Shown here piece by piece: positions 22,316 to 33,053 of a stretch of 64,000 nucleotides of DNA; position 1 is the first letter of the stretch; the number at the start of each line of letters is the position of its first letter. Source of the stretch: Candidatus Oxydemutatoraceae bacterium. Lineage in GTDB: Bacteria; Pseudomonadota; Gammaproteobacteria; Poriferisulfidales; Oxydemutatoraceae. Below the pieces are notes generated by a model, which worked only from the letters and a program-made list of their open reading frames with translations, did not search any database and was not told the DNA's origin. Where the stretch lies: contig OZ244717.1 of assembly GCA_965218975.1 (NCBI GenBank), forward strand, positions 736,001 through 800,000, read 5' to 3'. The translations under genes were made by a program, and so were the position numbers.

Positions 22316-23688
22316 AAATTATCATCCTTGGTGCCGGCCAAGTCGGAGGATCGCTTGCCTGCATTTTGGCGGATGAGGGCAATGATGTTACTTTGGTCGA
22401 CGAAAATGCTGCTTGCCTTGAGGAATATAAAACGATTGCCGATTTAAGAACGGTGGTCGGCCGTGCGTCGCATCCGGAAATTTTGCAACAGGCAGATGCC
22501 GAAGATGCCGATATGATTGTAGCGTTGACCGGTGAAGATGAAACGAATATGGTCGCTTGTCAAGTTGCGCACACATTATTTCATGTCCCGACTAAAATTG
22601 CCCGAGTGCGACGTGTCCCCTACCGCAAACATCCCAAGCTGTTTTCCGACGATGCGATACCAATTGATGTACTGATCCGTCCGGAAGAATTGGTGTCGGA
22701 AACCATCAGCCGTTTAATCAAGTATCCTAATTCGTTGCGGGTGGTTGAATTTGCCGACGGACAGCTGTTGTTAGTGGCGGTGCGTGCCGAGTATGGCGGG
22801 CAATTGGTCGGCAAATATCTACATGAAATTCCTACCGAACTACCGGGAATCGAGGCGCGGGTGGCGGCGATTTATCGCGATGGTACGGAAATGATTACTC
22901 CCGACGGCGATACGCGGATTGAACATCGCGACATTGTATTTTTTATTACCGCGGACAGATTTGTTCGCTCAATGACGGTTGCTTTGCATAGTTCGGAAAA
23001 GCCGTATAAAAGGATTTTTATTGCCGGCGGCGGCAGAATCGGCACGCATTTGGCGGAGGTTTTAATGCCAGATTATCAGGTCAAAATTATTGATTATAAT
23101 CAAGCGCGCAGTGAAATGTTAGCCGAGCGGCTAAATGATGTCGTAGTGTTACAGGGCGATGCAATCAGCGCTGAAATTATGCTTGAAGAAAATATGGATT
23201 GCATGGATGTATTTTGCGCAGTGACGAACGATGACGAGGATAATATCCTGTCGTCGATGATGGCGAAGCATTTGGGTGTCCGAAAAACAATGGCGTTGAT
23301 TAACCGCCCGCGCTACGTTGATTTGATTCAGCAAGGTAGTATCGATGTTGCTATTTCACCGCAACAAGACTCTATCAGTGCTTTGCTCAGACATATTCGC
23401 AAGGGCGATGTCGCAGTGGCATATTCATTGAACCGTGGCAAGGCGGAAGCGATTGAAGCGATTGCGCATGGTGATCAGAACACTTCGCAAGTGGTCGGTA
23501 AAAGCATTGACAACATCTCGCTGCCCGAAGGCGCGGGCATCGGCGCGGTGGTGCGCGGAGAAGAAGTGATAATGGCTCATCATGATCTGATAATTGAAAC
23601 TGACGACCATGTTATTTTATTTGTAAGCAACAAAAAATATATTCCCGCGATTGAAAGATTATTTCAAGTTAAAGCAACTTTTTTTTAA
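22312..23688 (+). CDS. trkA: Trk potassium uptake NAD-binding subunit
   Basis: MKIIILGAGQVG, two RCK modules, 458 aa. Confidence 0.96.
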   Translation: MKIIILGAGQVGGSLACILADEGNDVTLVDENAACLEEYKTIADLRTVVGRASHPEILQQADAEDADMIVALTGEDETNMVACQVAHTLFHVPTKIARVRRVPYRKHPKLFSDDAIPIDVLIRPEELVSETISRLIKYPNSLRVVEFADGQLLLVAVRAEYGGQLVGKYLHEIPTELPGIEARVAAIYRDGTEMITPDGDTRIEHRDIVFFITADRFVRSMTVALHSSEKPYKRIFIAGGGRIGTHLAEVLMPDYQVKIIDYNQARSEMLAERLNDVVVLQGDAISAEIMLEENMDCMDVFCAVTNDDEDNILSSMMAKHLGVRKTMALINRPRYVDLIQQGSIDVAISPQQDSISALLRHIRKGDVAVAYSLNRGKAEAIEAIAHGDQNTSQVVGKSIDNISLPEGAGIGAVVRGEEVIMAHHDLIIETDDHVILFVSNKKYIPAIERLFQVKATFF

Positions 23689-25139
23689 TGCAGCTGCTAT
23701 TGGTGCAAAAGATTATCGGCGTTTTGTTGATATTGTTCAGCACAATTATGCTTGTGCCGGCGGCAGTCGGGCTATGGTACGGCGAACATAGTGCTCAAAC
23801 TTTTCTAATTGCGTTTGGCGTCACCGTCGGCGCTGGCGCGCTATTGTGGTTGCCGGTGCGCCGGTTGGGAACGGATTTACGTTTGCGCGACGGCTTTCTG
23901 GTCGTAGTGTTGTTTTGGACTGTGCTCAGCGTTTTCGGTGCCGTGCCGTTTTATCTGATTGAAGATTATCAGATGAATCTGACGGTCTATGATGCTCTGT
24001 TTGAATCTTTCTCCGGGTTGACGACAACCGGCGCCACCGTGTTGATCGGGTTGGACGATCTGCCGCATTCACTTCTGTTGTACCGGCATTTGCTGCAATG
24101 GTTGGGCGGCTTGGGTATTATTATTTTAGCGCTTGCAATATTGCCGATGTTGTCTGTCGGCGGAATGCAGTTGTATCGGGCCGAAACATTAGGCCCGGTG
24201 AAAGACACCAAGCTGACGCCGCGAATCACCGAAACGGCAAAAGCACTGTGGTACATTTATGTTTTGCTGACGACCTTCTGCGCGTTAGCTTACTGGCTAG
24301 CCGGGATGACACCGTTTGATGCGATCTGCCATAGCTTTTCAACGATTTCCATTGGCGGGTTCTCTACCCATGATGCCAGCATCGGCTATTTTGACAGTGT
24401 GGCGATTGAGCTTATTGCGGTGGTATTTATGTTGATTGCCGGGGCAAACTTCGGTTTGCATTTTGGCGCATTGCGGCATAGAAGTTTTAGCGCATACGCA
24501 CGTGACAGCGAATTCAAGTTGTTTATTGGCATTATGCTGTTCGCCGTTGCGGTGGTCGCGCTGTATTTAATTGAGGAAGGCGCGCAGTCCGGCACGGCGA
24601 TACGCCAAGCTTTGTTTCAAGCGATCTCAATCGGCACGACAACCGGGTTTACCACTTCCGGTTATGCGTACTGGCCGGGGTTTTTACCCGCGTTTTTAAT
24701 TTCGGTCAGTTTCATCGGCGGCTGCGCCGGGTCAACCAGCGGCGGCATTAAAGTCATTCGCTTTTTATTGCTGGTCAAGCAAGGTATGCGTGAACTGTTT
24801 CACTTAACCCACCCGCATGCGGTCGCATCAATCACTGTAGGGAAAAAGTTTGTGACAGCGGAAGTCGTCAATGCTGTTTGGGGATTTTTTGCGGTATATG
24901 TCGGTCTCTTTTTGCTGATGATTATGCTTCTGCTTGCATCGGGCTTGGACGAAGTTACCGCTTTTTCGGCAGTTGCCGCGACTCTAAACAACTTAGGGCC
25001 GGGGCTTGCCGGCGTGAGTGAAAGTTATGCCGAGATTGGGAACCACGATAAATTGTTATTGTGTATGTCCATGTTGCTCGGGCGGCTTGAAGTATTTACC
25101 TTGTTGGTTGTTTTTACTCCCGGATTCTGGCGCAAGTAG
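23688..25139 (+). CDS. trkH: Trk potassium uptake membrane subunit
   Basis: FESFSGLTTTGAT, GGCAGSTSGGIK, MLLGRLE motifs. Confidence 0.95.
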   Translation: MQLLLVQKIIGVLLILFSTIMLVPAAVGLWYGEHSAQTFLIAFGVTVGAGALLWLPVRRLGTDLRLRDGFLVVVLFWTVLSVFGAVPFYLIEDYQMNLTVYDALFESFSGLTTTGATVLIGLDDLPHSLLLYRHLLQWLGGLGIIILALAILPMLSVGGMQLYRAETLGPVKDTKLTPRITETAKALWYIYVLLTTFCALAYWLAGMTPFDAICHSFSTISIGGFSTHDASIGYFDSVAIELIAVVFMLIAGANFGLHFGALRHRSFSAYARDSEFKLFIGIMLFAVAVVALYLIEEGAQSGTAIRQALFQAISIGTTTGFTTSGYAYWPGFLPAFLISVSFIGGCAGSTSGGIKVIRFLLLVKQGMRELFHLTHPHAVASITVGKKFVTAEVVNAVWGFFAVYVGLFLLMIMLLLASGLDEVTAFSAVAATLNNLGPGLAGVSESYAEIGNHDKLLLCMSMLLGRLEVFTLLVVFTPGFWRK

Positions 25140-25159
25140 CGTTGATTATTTTAGCCGGT

Positions 25160-26083
25160 TCATTTTTTTGGACGATAAATATGTGCGATCGGACTACGGG
25201 CAAATCGTTTATATATCCATAAGTACTGCTCGGGACAGCGCATAATGATTTTTTCCAACATCCGATTTAATGCGGTGGCGGATACTAATAAATCTCGGTC
25301 GTACAGAGCGTCAGGCGCGGCAAAATATACCAGACGATACCCGGCTTCAAGCCGTTCAGTGCACAGAAATACTACTGTTGCGTACCGTGCCAGATGTGAC
25401 ACGAGTGTTCCGGTATATGCCGGCAGGCCAAAAAAGGGCGCGAGTGTTTTGGCAGTTCTTTTGCGTGTCGCCAAATCAGCCAGCACCCCGATATTTTTTC
25501 CTTCGCGTAAGGCATGGAACAAAACGCGAATACTTTTGATATTTGCCGGCAACGGACGAAACCCCAGAGTGCGGCGTCCATTATTGATGAATTGGTCAAG
25601 CAACAAGTTTTTATTGGGATGATATAAGCAAATTAAAGGTTCCTGATTATATTGCAAACCGGCAAACGCTTCCCAACATCCGTAATGCAATGAAACGTAA
25701 ATTACTGGGCCTTTGGCTTGCGCCGTATCGGCAATCTGTTGTCCTTCGACTTGTTGGCATAATTGACGCACATATTGCCGCCCCTTTTGCCAAAGATGCG
25801 GTAATTCAATACATAATTTGCCCATTTCACGGAAACTTTTTTGCGCAAGGCGACGGTGTTCAAGCGGGGATTTGTTCGGCAAACAGACCTTTATATTTGC
25901 CAGCACAATTCGCCGGTGACGCGGCGTTGCGTGGTAAGCGATCGTTCCCAGATAAGCGCCGCACCGGCGAGTGGCGTGTAACGACAAATGCGCGCAACTT
26001 TGCCACAAGGCGCAGATTGCCCGGCCGATCAATTTTTCTATAAGAATTTTATAAAAAGTTGATTTTTTTTTTGAATCCTTCAT
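25160..26083 (-). CDS. Lipid A acyltransferase (LpxL/HtrB family)
   Basis: HYGCWE, APFFG, PEQYLWIYKRF motifs. Confidence 0.85.
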   Translation of the reverse strand: MKDSKKKSTFYKILIEKLIGRAICALWQSCAHLSLHATRRCGAYLGTIAYHATPRHRRIVLANIKVCLPNKSPLEHRRLAQKSFREMGKLCIELPHLWQKGRQYVRQLCQQVEGQQIADTAQAKGPVIYVSLHYGCWEAFAGLQYNQEPLICLYHPNKNLLLDQFINNGRRTLGFRPLPANIKSIRVLFHALREGKNIGVLADLATRKRTAKTLAPFFGLPAYTGTLVSHLARYATVVFLCTERLEAGYRLVYFAAPDALYDRDLLVSATALNRMLEKIIMRCPEQYLWIYKRFARSPIAHIYRPKK

Positions 26084-26235
26084 GGAATGGGGTTTGCCAA
26101 TGTAATATAATCTGTTCTAGTTGCTTGTTTAATCCCGCATGATACGGGTTTTGATCTTAGTAACCAAGATAAACGGTAAATTACCAAGTAATGCCAAAGT
26201 GTATTATTACTTTAATATAAAGGAGCAAAAGCGTT

Positions 26236-26517
26236 ATGCAAAAGAGGAGACTATTAACCGGGTCGGCAATTGCCGGTATTTTGACAATCAGCACAACCAT
26301 CGCATCGGCAGTTCCCAATCAACCGAGCGAGTGGGAAAAATGCGCAGGCGTTGCCAAAGTAGGGATGAATGACTGCGGCGCGTTAGATGGGAAGCATGCC
26401 TGCGCTGGTCAGTCGAAAATGACGAATAGCGATCAGGAGTGGATCTATGTTCCCAAAGGCACTTGCGACAAAATTCCCGGCGGAATGGTTGTTGCAGTCA
26501 AGCCCGCGAAAAAGTAA
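26236..26517 (+). CDS. DUF2282 / BufA1-type bufferin precursor peptide
   Basis: Signal peptide plus EKC.GVAK.G.NDC...HACAGQ....W..VPKGTC.KI four-Cys pattern; AAGGAG RBS. Confidence 0.88.
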   Translation: MQKRRLLTGSAIAGILTISTTIASAVPNQPSEWEKCAGVAKVGMNDCGALDGKHACAGQSKMTNSDQEWIYVPKGTCDKIPGGMVVAVKPAKK

Positions 26518-26594
26518 CCGCCGGACTTACAATTGACGTCGGAGAGAGGGTTCTTCGGCGTCAATTGTTTTTTACTCACTACCTGATTGGAACA

Positions 26595-27452
26595 ATGTCT
26601 ACCGTGACGCAGCGCGGCTGCCAGACAAAACAACCGCAGGGAGTCGGCATCGGGTTCCGCCATCCGCACGCCGCCGAACTGATTCGGCGCAAGCCGCCGC
26701 TGGGTTGGTTGGAGGTTTTGGCGGACAACTACTTTGCGGAAGGCGGCTTGGCGCATCGCCAACTTGCCGATATATGCGCGCATTATCCGATAACAGTACA
26801 TAGTGTCGGGATGTCTCTCGGATCAATTGACCCTCCCGATTTTTCTTATCTGCAAAAGATTAAAAATCTGGCGAAGCGGCACGACGCGCTGAGTATCTCG
26901 GATCATCTGTGCTTTGTCAGTGCGGACAATGTGCGGTTGCATGACTTATTGCCGTTGCCGCATACGGAAGAGGCGGTGCGACATACCGCAAGTAAAATCC
27001 GTCAGGTGCAGGATTTTTTTGAACAAAGAATCTTAATTGAAAACATTTCAAGCTATTTGACTTATCAATCGTCCGTCATGGGCGAGGTTGAATTTCTGAA
27101 TGCAGTCGCGACCGAAGCCGACTGCGATATATTGCTTGATCTGAATAACTTGTATGTGAGTGCATATAACCACAAGTATGATGTGCAAGCGATGCTGCGC
27201 GGCGTCAATGCGGAACGAGTGCGGCAGATCCATTTGGGCGGTTTTGAGGACAAGGGCGTTTATTTACTGGACGCGCACAACCACCGCGTTGCTGGCGAAG
27301 TATGGGATTTACTTGCCCGATTGGCTAGTTGGTGTAGCGATATTCCGGTACTGATAGAATGGGACAACGACCTGCCGGCATTAGACGTTCTGCTGGATGA
27401 AGCGCGACATGCCGAGCGAGTTATGCAACAGACGCAGCACGCGATGGCGTAA
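26595..27452 (+). CDS. DUF692 multinuclear non-heme iron oxidase (BufB/MNIO)
   Basis: GIGFR.PH, HSVGMSLGS, SDHL, HDLLPLP, ENISSY, LLDLNN, IHLGG, D.H, EWD motifs. Confidence 0.92.
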   Translation: MSTVTQRGCQTKQPQGVGIGFRHPHAAELIRRKPPLGWLEVLADNYFAEGGLAHRQLADICAHYPITVHSVGMSLGSIDPPDFSYLQKIKNLAKRHDALSISDHLCFVSADNVRLHDLLPLPHTEEAVRHTASKIRQVQDFFEQRILIENISSYLTYQSSVMGEVEFLNAVATEADCDILLDLNNLYVSAYNHKYDVQAMLRGVNAERVRQIHLGGFEDKGVYLLDAHNHRVAGEVWDLLARLASWCSDIPVLIEWDNDLPALDVLLDEARHAERVMQQTQHAMA

Positions 27453-28241
27453 GTGATTATAGTGACGTTGATGGATTTGCGTCGCCTCCAACAAAATTTC
27501 AAAGATGCATTATTAACCGGCGAGACCGCTTGTTTATCCGATGCCCTTTGTCAGCAGGATGAAGGCGGCATGTCAAAACAAGAACAAGTCGCGGTATATC
27601 GCAACAATATGATTGGCGGGCTGACTAATACTTTGAAACAAATTTATCCGGCTTGTCGCAGGCATTTGACAGACGAACATTTTTTACCCGCGGCACGGGG
27701 TTATATCGCGACGCATCCGTCAACCCATTACGATTTGAATTTTTATGGCGCCGGTTTTGCACAATTCATTCAACAGTTAAGTGCCGATTATGCGGCGATA
27801 TCCGACCGGCCCTATTTGCCGGAATTGGCGCATTTGGAATGGTTGTGTCATTCTGCCTACTATGCGCAAGATGACGGCGCGTTTGATTTTGCCGCTTTTG
27901 AACGAGCGGCAGCGGATCAACCCGATACCATTCGATTTGTCCCAAGCAACAGTTTAGCACTGCTATCCTCGTGTTATTCGTTAAAACAGATCCGTGAAAC
28001 ATCGGGCGATTTATCGCAATCATTGGTATCTCCGCTTACCGATGCAACAAAGCACTTATGCATTAGTCGGCGGAAGTGGGAAGTGGCGGTGGATGAGATC
28101 AATGCGGAAGTTTATCATTTGATAACTGCTGTTTTAAACAACAATTCGCTGGAAAATTTGTCCGCACGCTGCGCGCAGATTGATCGGCATCTGCCGGAAT
28201 TGGTGCGGAAAAAATGGCTTTGCGGATTCGTCGTTAAATAG
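27453..28241 (+). CDS. DUF2063 partner protein (BufC/HvfC-like)
   Basis: LQQ.F..ALL, VYRNN, YP, HPS, YG..F..F, YLPELA.LEW. Confidence 0.85.
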   Translation: MIIVTLMDLRRLQQNFKDALLTGETACLSDALCQQDEGGMSKQEQVAVYRNNMIGGLTNTLKQIYPACRRHLTDEHFLPAARGYIATHPSTHYDLNFYGAGFAQFIQQLSADYAAISDRPYLPELAHLEWLCHSAYYAQDDGAFDFAAFERAAADQPDTIRFVPSNSLALLSSCYSLKQIRETSGDLSQSLVSPLTDATKHLCISRRKWEVAVDEINAEVYHLITAVLNNNSLENLSARCAQIDRHLPELVRKKWLCGFVVK

Positions 28242-28484
28242 CTTGGTCGCAATTTAAGGATGTTATCCTCTGTTTGGCGCGTTGCATTTTGTAATTCCGA
28301 TATGAACGGACATGTCGCGCCTTGATCACCTGAAGCAGTTTTATTTTATCTTGGTTTGCTTAGAGAAGCGCCTTGTCGGAGCGCGTTGACTATCGGATTG
28401 CAGCAGTCGTATGTCTGCATAGTGTCGGATACATACTGGACAAATCTTTTGTTTTGTTTACTATAGCACTTTAAAGCAAATACG

Positions 28485-29081
28485 ATGTCCACTTCACGCA
28501 CGAGCACCGTCCGGCGTCATACCGCTGAAACCCAAATTGACGTTACCCTCAATTTAGACGGGGGCGGTCGGGGAAAAATTAAAATCGATATTCCTTTTCT
28601 GAAACACATGCTTGAGCAGTTAAAAAAACATGCTTGCCTTGATCTGGATATCACAGCGGCCGGCGACCTCGAAGTTGACGACCATCATACTGTTGAAGAT
28701 ACCGGGATTACGCTGGGCGAATGCTTTGCGAAAGCGCTGGGTGACAAGCAAGGTATCAGCCGTTACGGTCATGCGTATGTTCCGCTGGATGAAGCATTGT
28801 CGCGGGCGGTGATTGATTTCTCCGGAAGACCGGGGCTTGAATACAATGTTTGTTACACACGCGCGCGCATTGGTGATTTTGATGTTGATCTGATCCATGA
28901 ATTTTTTCAAGGGTTTGCAAACCATGCCCGGGCAACTTTACACATTGATAATCTTCATGGCGTGAATAGCCACCATATCGCAGAAACGATATTCAAAGCA
29001 TTTGCGCGTGCCGTTCGCATGGCGATCGCCATTGACGCAAATATGCAAGGAGCGCTTCCGTCGACAAAAGGCAGGCTTTGA
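28485..29081 (+). CDS. hisB: Imidazoleglycerol-phosphate dehydratase
   Basis: DDHHTVED and NSHHIAE signatures. Confidence 0.96.
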   Translation: MSTSRTSTVRRHTAETQIDVTLNLDGGGRGKIKIDIPFLKHMLEQLKKHACLDLDITAAGDLEVDDHHTVEDTGITLGECFAKALGDKQGISRYGHAYVPLDEALSRAVIDFSGRPGLEYNVCYTRARIGDFDVDLIHEFFQGFANHARATLHIDNLHGVNSHHIAETIFKAFARAVRMAIAIDANMQGALPSTKGRL

Positions 29082-29090
29082 CGTTGTTTA

Positions 29091-29729
29091 ATGACTTCCA
29101 TCGGGATTATAGATTACGGTATGAGCAATCTGCGTTCAGTATATCAAGCGCTGACGGCAGTGGCGCCGAACGGGGTGCATGTTGAGATGGTAAACGATGC
29201 GGCAGGGATTCGTTGCGCGGACAAAATCGTGTTCCCCGGGCAAGGTGCGGCGCAAGACTGCATCCGTGCGCTGATGCGACGTCAGATGACGGATGCGTTG
29301 CGCGAGGCGGTGCGTGAAAAGCCTTTTTTAGGCATTTGTATGGGGCTGCAGATATTGCTTGAGCGTAGCGATGAAAACGATGGCACCGTCTGTCTAGGTG
29401 TATTTGCCGGCGTAGCAAGGCATCTTGCCGAACATCACCCGGCAGCGCCGAACCATAAAATTCCGCACATGGGTTGGAATCAGGTTGCGCAAGTGAAATC
29501 ACATCCTTTATGGTGGAGAATTGAGGATGCCGCCTATTTTTATTTTGTGCATAGTTATTATGCCGCGCCCGATTCTTCCGATATTGTTGCGGGCGTAACT
29601 AGTTACGGCGAACCGTTCGTTTGTGCGGTCGCCGATCAATTTGTTTTTGCAGTGCAATTTCATCCGGAGAAAAGCGCTGATAACGGAATACGTCTGCTTA
29701 AAAATTTTTCACGGTGGAACGGTGATTAA
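29091..29729 (+). CDS. hisH: Imidazole glycerol phosphate synthase glutaminase subunit
   Basis: DYGMSNLRS, LGICMG, PHMGWN, QFHPEKS. Confidence 0.96.
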   Translation: MTSIGIIDYGMSNLRSVYQALTAVAPNGVHVEMVNDAAGIRCADKIVFPGQGAAQDCIRALMRRQMTDALREAVREKPFLGICMGLQILLERSDENDGTVCLGVFAGVARHLAEHHPAAPNHKIPHMGWNQVAQVKSHPLWWRIEDAAYFYFVHSYYAAPDSSDIVAGVTSYGEPFVCAVADQFVFAVQFHPEKSADNGIRLLKNFSRWNGD

Positions 29730-29730
29730 A

Positions 29731-30471
29731 ATGTTAATTATTCCTGCGATTGACTTGAAAGGCGGCAACTGTGTGCGTTTGCGTCAAGGAAAAATGGAAG
29801 AAGAGACTGTTTTTTCGGAGGATCCGATCGGTATGGTTGAGCGATGGGTTCGGGCGAGCGCACGACGTTTACATATTGTTGACCTTGAGGGCGCGCGCGA
29901 TGGGAAGCCGGCGCATGCCGAGATTATTTCTGAGATTGCAAGTCGTTTTCCCGACCTTGTGATTGAAGCCGGCGGCGGGATACGTGATGAAGACACAGTG
30001 CAGTTTTATCTCGATGCCGGTGTGCAGTTTGTTGTTTTAGGCACGCGGGCGGTAACACAACCGCATTTTGTGAAAGACTTATGCCTAGAGTTTCCCAGTC
30101 ATATTATTGTCGGTCTGGATATGCGTAACGGAAAGGTTGCAACTGCCGGGTGGTCGAAAATGACCCATCATGATGTGGTTGACATGGCAAAACACTTTGA
30201 AGATGACGGCGTCTGTGCAATTATTTTTACGGATATTGACCGCGACGGGATGTTGACTGGGGTCAATGTTGAGTTTACCAAGAAGGTTGCTTCGGCGGTC
30301 AATATTCCGGTGATTGCGTCAGGCGGCGTCGGTTCGCTTGATGACATTAAAGCGGTTTGCAATATACGTGAAGAGGGAATTGTCGGCATCATCGTCGGGC
30401 GCGCCCTCTATGATGGTGCGGTGGACTTCAAAGCGGCGCAGGAGTTGGCGAACAGTTTTAGCGGCGGATAG
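29731..30471 (+). CDS. hisA: ProFAR isomerase
   Basis: [34 protein letters not shown]. Confidence 0.96.
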   Translation: MLIIPAIDLKGGNCVRLRQGKMEEETVFSEDPIGMVERWVRASARRLHIVDLEGARDGKPAHAEIISEIASRFPDLVIEAGGGIRDEDTVQFYLDAGVQFVVLGTRAVTQPHFVKDLCLEFPSHIIVGLDMRNGKVATAGWSKMTHHDVVDMAKHFEDDGVCAIIFTDIDRDGMLTGVNVEFTKKVASAVNIPVIASGGVGSLDDIKAVCNIREEGIVGIIVGRALYDGAVDFKAAQELANSFSGG

Positions 30472-30475
30472 TGAT

Positions 30476-31243
30476 ATGCCGCTTGCCAAGCGCATTATTC
30501 CATGTTTGGATGTGGACGCCGGCAGAGTCGTCAAAGGGATTCGTTTCGTTGATATTTGCGATGCCGGCGATCCGATTGAGGTGGCCAAGCGTTACAACCG
30601 AGAAGGTGCGGACGAGGTCGCATTTTTGGACATCACCGCAAGTTCCGATAATCGCGCGACCATTGTTGACCTTGTTGAGCGAGTGGCGGCGGAGATTTTT
30701 ATTCCACTCACTGTCGGCGGAGGGATTCGCAAATTGGATGATGTACGGGTTCTCCTCAATGCTGGCGCCGATAAAGTAGCGATTAATACCGCCGCAGTTT
30801 TTGACCCTGATTTTATTCGTCATGCGGCGGATAAGTTCGGGTCGCAATGTATCACAGTGGCGATTGATGCCAAGCAAACCAGCGAGCATCCGATGCGGTG
30901 GGAAGTTTACACGCATGGCGGACGACGATCGTCGGGTAAAGATGCGGTAACATGGGCACGGCAAATGGCGCAATTCGGCGCCGGTGAGATTTTGCTGACG
31001 AGCATGGACCGCGACGGCACTAAAATCGGGTTTGATCTGGCGCTGACGCGTACGATATGTGCTGCGGTTTCTATTCCGCTCATCGCTTCCGGCGGGGTCG
31101 GCACATTGGAACACCTCTATGACGGGTTAGTTGAAGGAACCGCCGATGCGGTCTTGGCAGCAAGCATCTTTCATTTTCAGGAATATACTATCCGTCAGGC
31201 TAAGGAGTACTTACACCAACGCGGGGTCGCCGTGCGCCTGTGA
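30476..31243 (+). CDS. hisF: Imidazole glycerol phosphate synthase cyclase subunit
   Basis: [27 protein letters not shown]. Confidence 0.97.
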   Translation: MPLAKRIIPCLDVDAGRVVKGIRFVDICDAGDPIEVAKRYNREGADEVAFLDITASSDNRATIVDLVERVAAEIFIPLTVGGGIRKLDDVRVLLNAGADKVAINTAAVFDPDFIRHAADKFGSQCITVAIDAKQTSEHPMRWEVYTHGGRRSSGKDAVTWARQMAQFGAGEILLTSMDRDGTKIGFDLALTRTICAAVSIPLIASGGVGTLEHLYDGLVEGTADAVLAASIFHFQEYTIRQAKEYLHQRGVAVRL

Positions 31244-31293
31244 GTGTGCGCTTGGGGTTATAATGGAGACGTTCGGTTTGAGGGAGAGGTTTT

Positions 31294-31617
31294 ATGCAAA
31301 ATTCCGGTATTCTTGAAAAAATCGCCATGGTGTTGGATGCACGTAAATCTGAGACAGCAGAAAAGTCTTATGCCGCATATCTGTATCAACAGGGGCGCGA
31401 GGCTATTCTTGATAAAGTGAACGAGGAAGCTGGAGAGATGTGTGTGGCGGCACGTCAAGACGACAAACAGAATCTGGTGCATGAAGTTGCCGATCTGTGG
31501 TTTCACTGCATGGTTTTGCTTGCGCATCGGAATATTCGTCTGCAAGAAGTGTTTACCGAACTAGAGCGTCGTTTTGGAACTTCGGGGCATGCGGAGAAAC
31601 GTCGGCGGAACAAATGA
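31294..31617 (+). CDS. hisE: Phosphoribosyl-ATP pyrophosphatase
   Basis: SY.A.L, KV.EEA.E, EVADLWFH, EL.RRFG.SG..EK. Confidence 0.92.
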   Translation: MQNSGILEKIAMVLDARKSETAEKSYAAYLYQQGREAILDKVNEEAGEMCVAARQDDKQNLVHEVADLWFHCMVLLAHRNIRLQEVFTELERRFGTSGHAEKRRRNK

Positions 31618-31666
31618 CGGATGGCGAAGCGTCCGTTATAAAATCTAACAAGAGAGGTGGAGAAAT

Positions 31667-31861
31667 ATGTCGTGGGGACCCTTGCAAATATTAGTTGTAC
31701 TGGCAATTGTTTTGCTGCTGTTCGGAACAAAAAAGTTGCGTAATCTTGGTTCTGATTTGGGTAGCGCCATCAAAGGATTTAAAAAATCCATGAACCAAGA
31801 CGAGGAGAAAGAGACAGCGGCGACAAAACGCAACCCTGTCAACGAAGACGACAAAAACTGA
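31667..31861 (+). CDS. tatA: Twin-arginine translocase subunit A
   Basis: [24 protein letters not shown]. Confidence 0.95.
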   Translation: MSWGPLQILVVLAIVLLLFGTKKLRNLGSDLGSAIKGFKKSMNQDEEKETAATKRNPVNEDDKN

Positions 31862-31870
31862 AAATAAGTT

Positions 31871-32305
31871 ATGGCAGATTTCGGCTTTTGGGAGTTTATG
31901 CTGGTCATGCTCATCGCTTTGCTTATCGTAGGCCCCGATCGTTTACCGCGTCTGGCGGCGGAGACTGGGAAATGGGTCGGTAAGATCAGACGACTGGCAG
32001 CGAGTTTTAAAGATGAACTCGCACAGGAGATTGACAGGGACGAATTGAAGAAGACCATCGGTTTGCAGAATGATGAGCTGCAATCGTTAAAGGAAGATTT
32101 CCATCAAGTTGCCGAAACGGTGAACCGGGATTTGCGTGATCTTGATCCGGTGGCGAAGTCTATGGAAGAGCAGATTGACAAGGGGCGGTTTGTTTCTGCC
32201 GATATGACGGATGCGCTGATTGAGGAACCTATTCTGAGCGCTAAAGATACAGCGCATGATATGAAGGAAGTGCCGGATGACAAAGACAAAGGAACCGGTA
32301 CCTGA
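31871..32305 (+). CDS. tatB: Twin-arginine translocase subunit B
   Basis: DFGFWE...GPDRLP. Confidence 0.92.
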   Translation: MADFGFWEFMLVMLIALLIVGPDRLPRLAAETGKWVGKIRRLAASFKDELAQEIDRDELKKTIGLQNDELQSLKEDFHQVAETVNRDLRDLDPVAKSMEEQIDKGRFVSADMTDALIEEPILSAKDTAHDMKEVPDDKDKGTGT

Positions 32306-33053
32306 TAGCGATAAAGGAAGCAGCTTAGTTTCTCACCTCACCGAACTGCGCGGCCGTTTACTCAAAGCCGCCGCCGCGGTGGGCGTTATTTTTTTGATTT
32401 TATTCCCGTTCGCGAATGACCTGTATCAGTATTTGTCGGTACCGCTTCTGCGTTATTTGCCTGAGGGTGTTTCAATGATCGCCATTGAAGTCGCCTCACC
32501 TTTTTTAGTGCCGTTTAAGCTTGCACTGCTGTTGTCGTTTTTTCTGACGATGCCGTATTTGCTGTATCAGGTATGGGCCTTTGTCGCGCCGGGCTTATAT
32601 CGCAACGAACGAAGAATTGCTTTACCGTTGATTGTCTCAAGCACGATATTGTTTTATCTTGGTATCGCATTTGCTTACTTTATCGTGTTTCCTCTGATGT
32701 TCGGTTTTTTTACCGCCGTCGCGCCGGTCGGAGTGACAGTGATGACGGATATCGCACACTATCTGAGCTTTGTATTCAAGATATTCATCGCCTTTGGTAT
32801 CGCTTTTGAAGTACCGGTAGCAACCGTGTTATTGGTCAAGGTCGGAACGATGACTTCCGGCAAACTTGCCGCGAAACGTCCGTACGTAATCATCGGAGCG
32901 TTTGTCGTCGGCATGATTTTAACGCCGCCGGACGTGCTTTCTCAGGTATTACTGGCGATACCGATTTGGATATTATTTGAACTAGGGCTATTATTCACTC
33001 GCTGGTTACCAGCAGCACAAGATACTACAGATACACGAAATAGCACGACATGA
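32277..33053 (+). CDS. tatC: Twin-arginine translocase subunit C
   Basis: [26 protein letters not shown]. Confidence 0.96.
   Translation: MTKTKEPVPDSDKGSSLVSHLTELRGRLLKAAAAVGVIFLILFPFANDLYQYLSVPLLRYLPEGVSMIAIEVASPFLVPFKLALLLSFFLTMPYLLYQVWAFVAPGLYRNERRIALPLIVSSTILFYLGIAFAYFIVFPLMFGFFTAVAPVGVTVMTDIAHYLSFVFKIFIAFGIAFEVPVATVLLVKVGTMTSGKLAAKRPYVIIGAFVVGMILTPPDVLSQVLLAIPIWILFELGLLFTRWLPAAQDTTDTRNSTT

Noticed and set aside
26160-26195. GTAACC as an ECF (SigF-type) promoter for the bufferin cluster
   Set aside because: A -35-like GTAACC is present, but there is no convincing CGAA-type -10 at the expected spacing.
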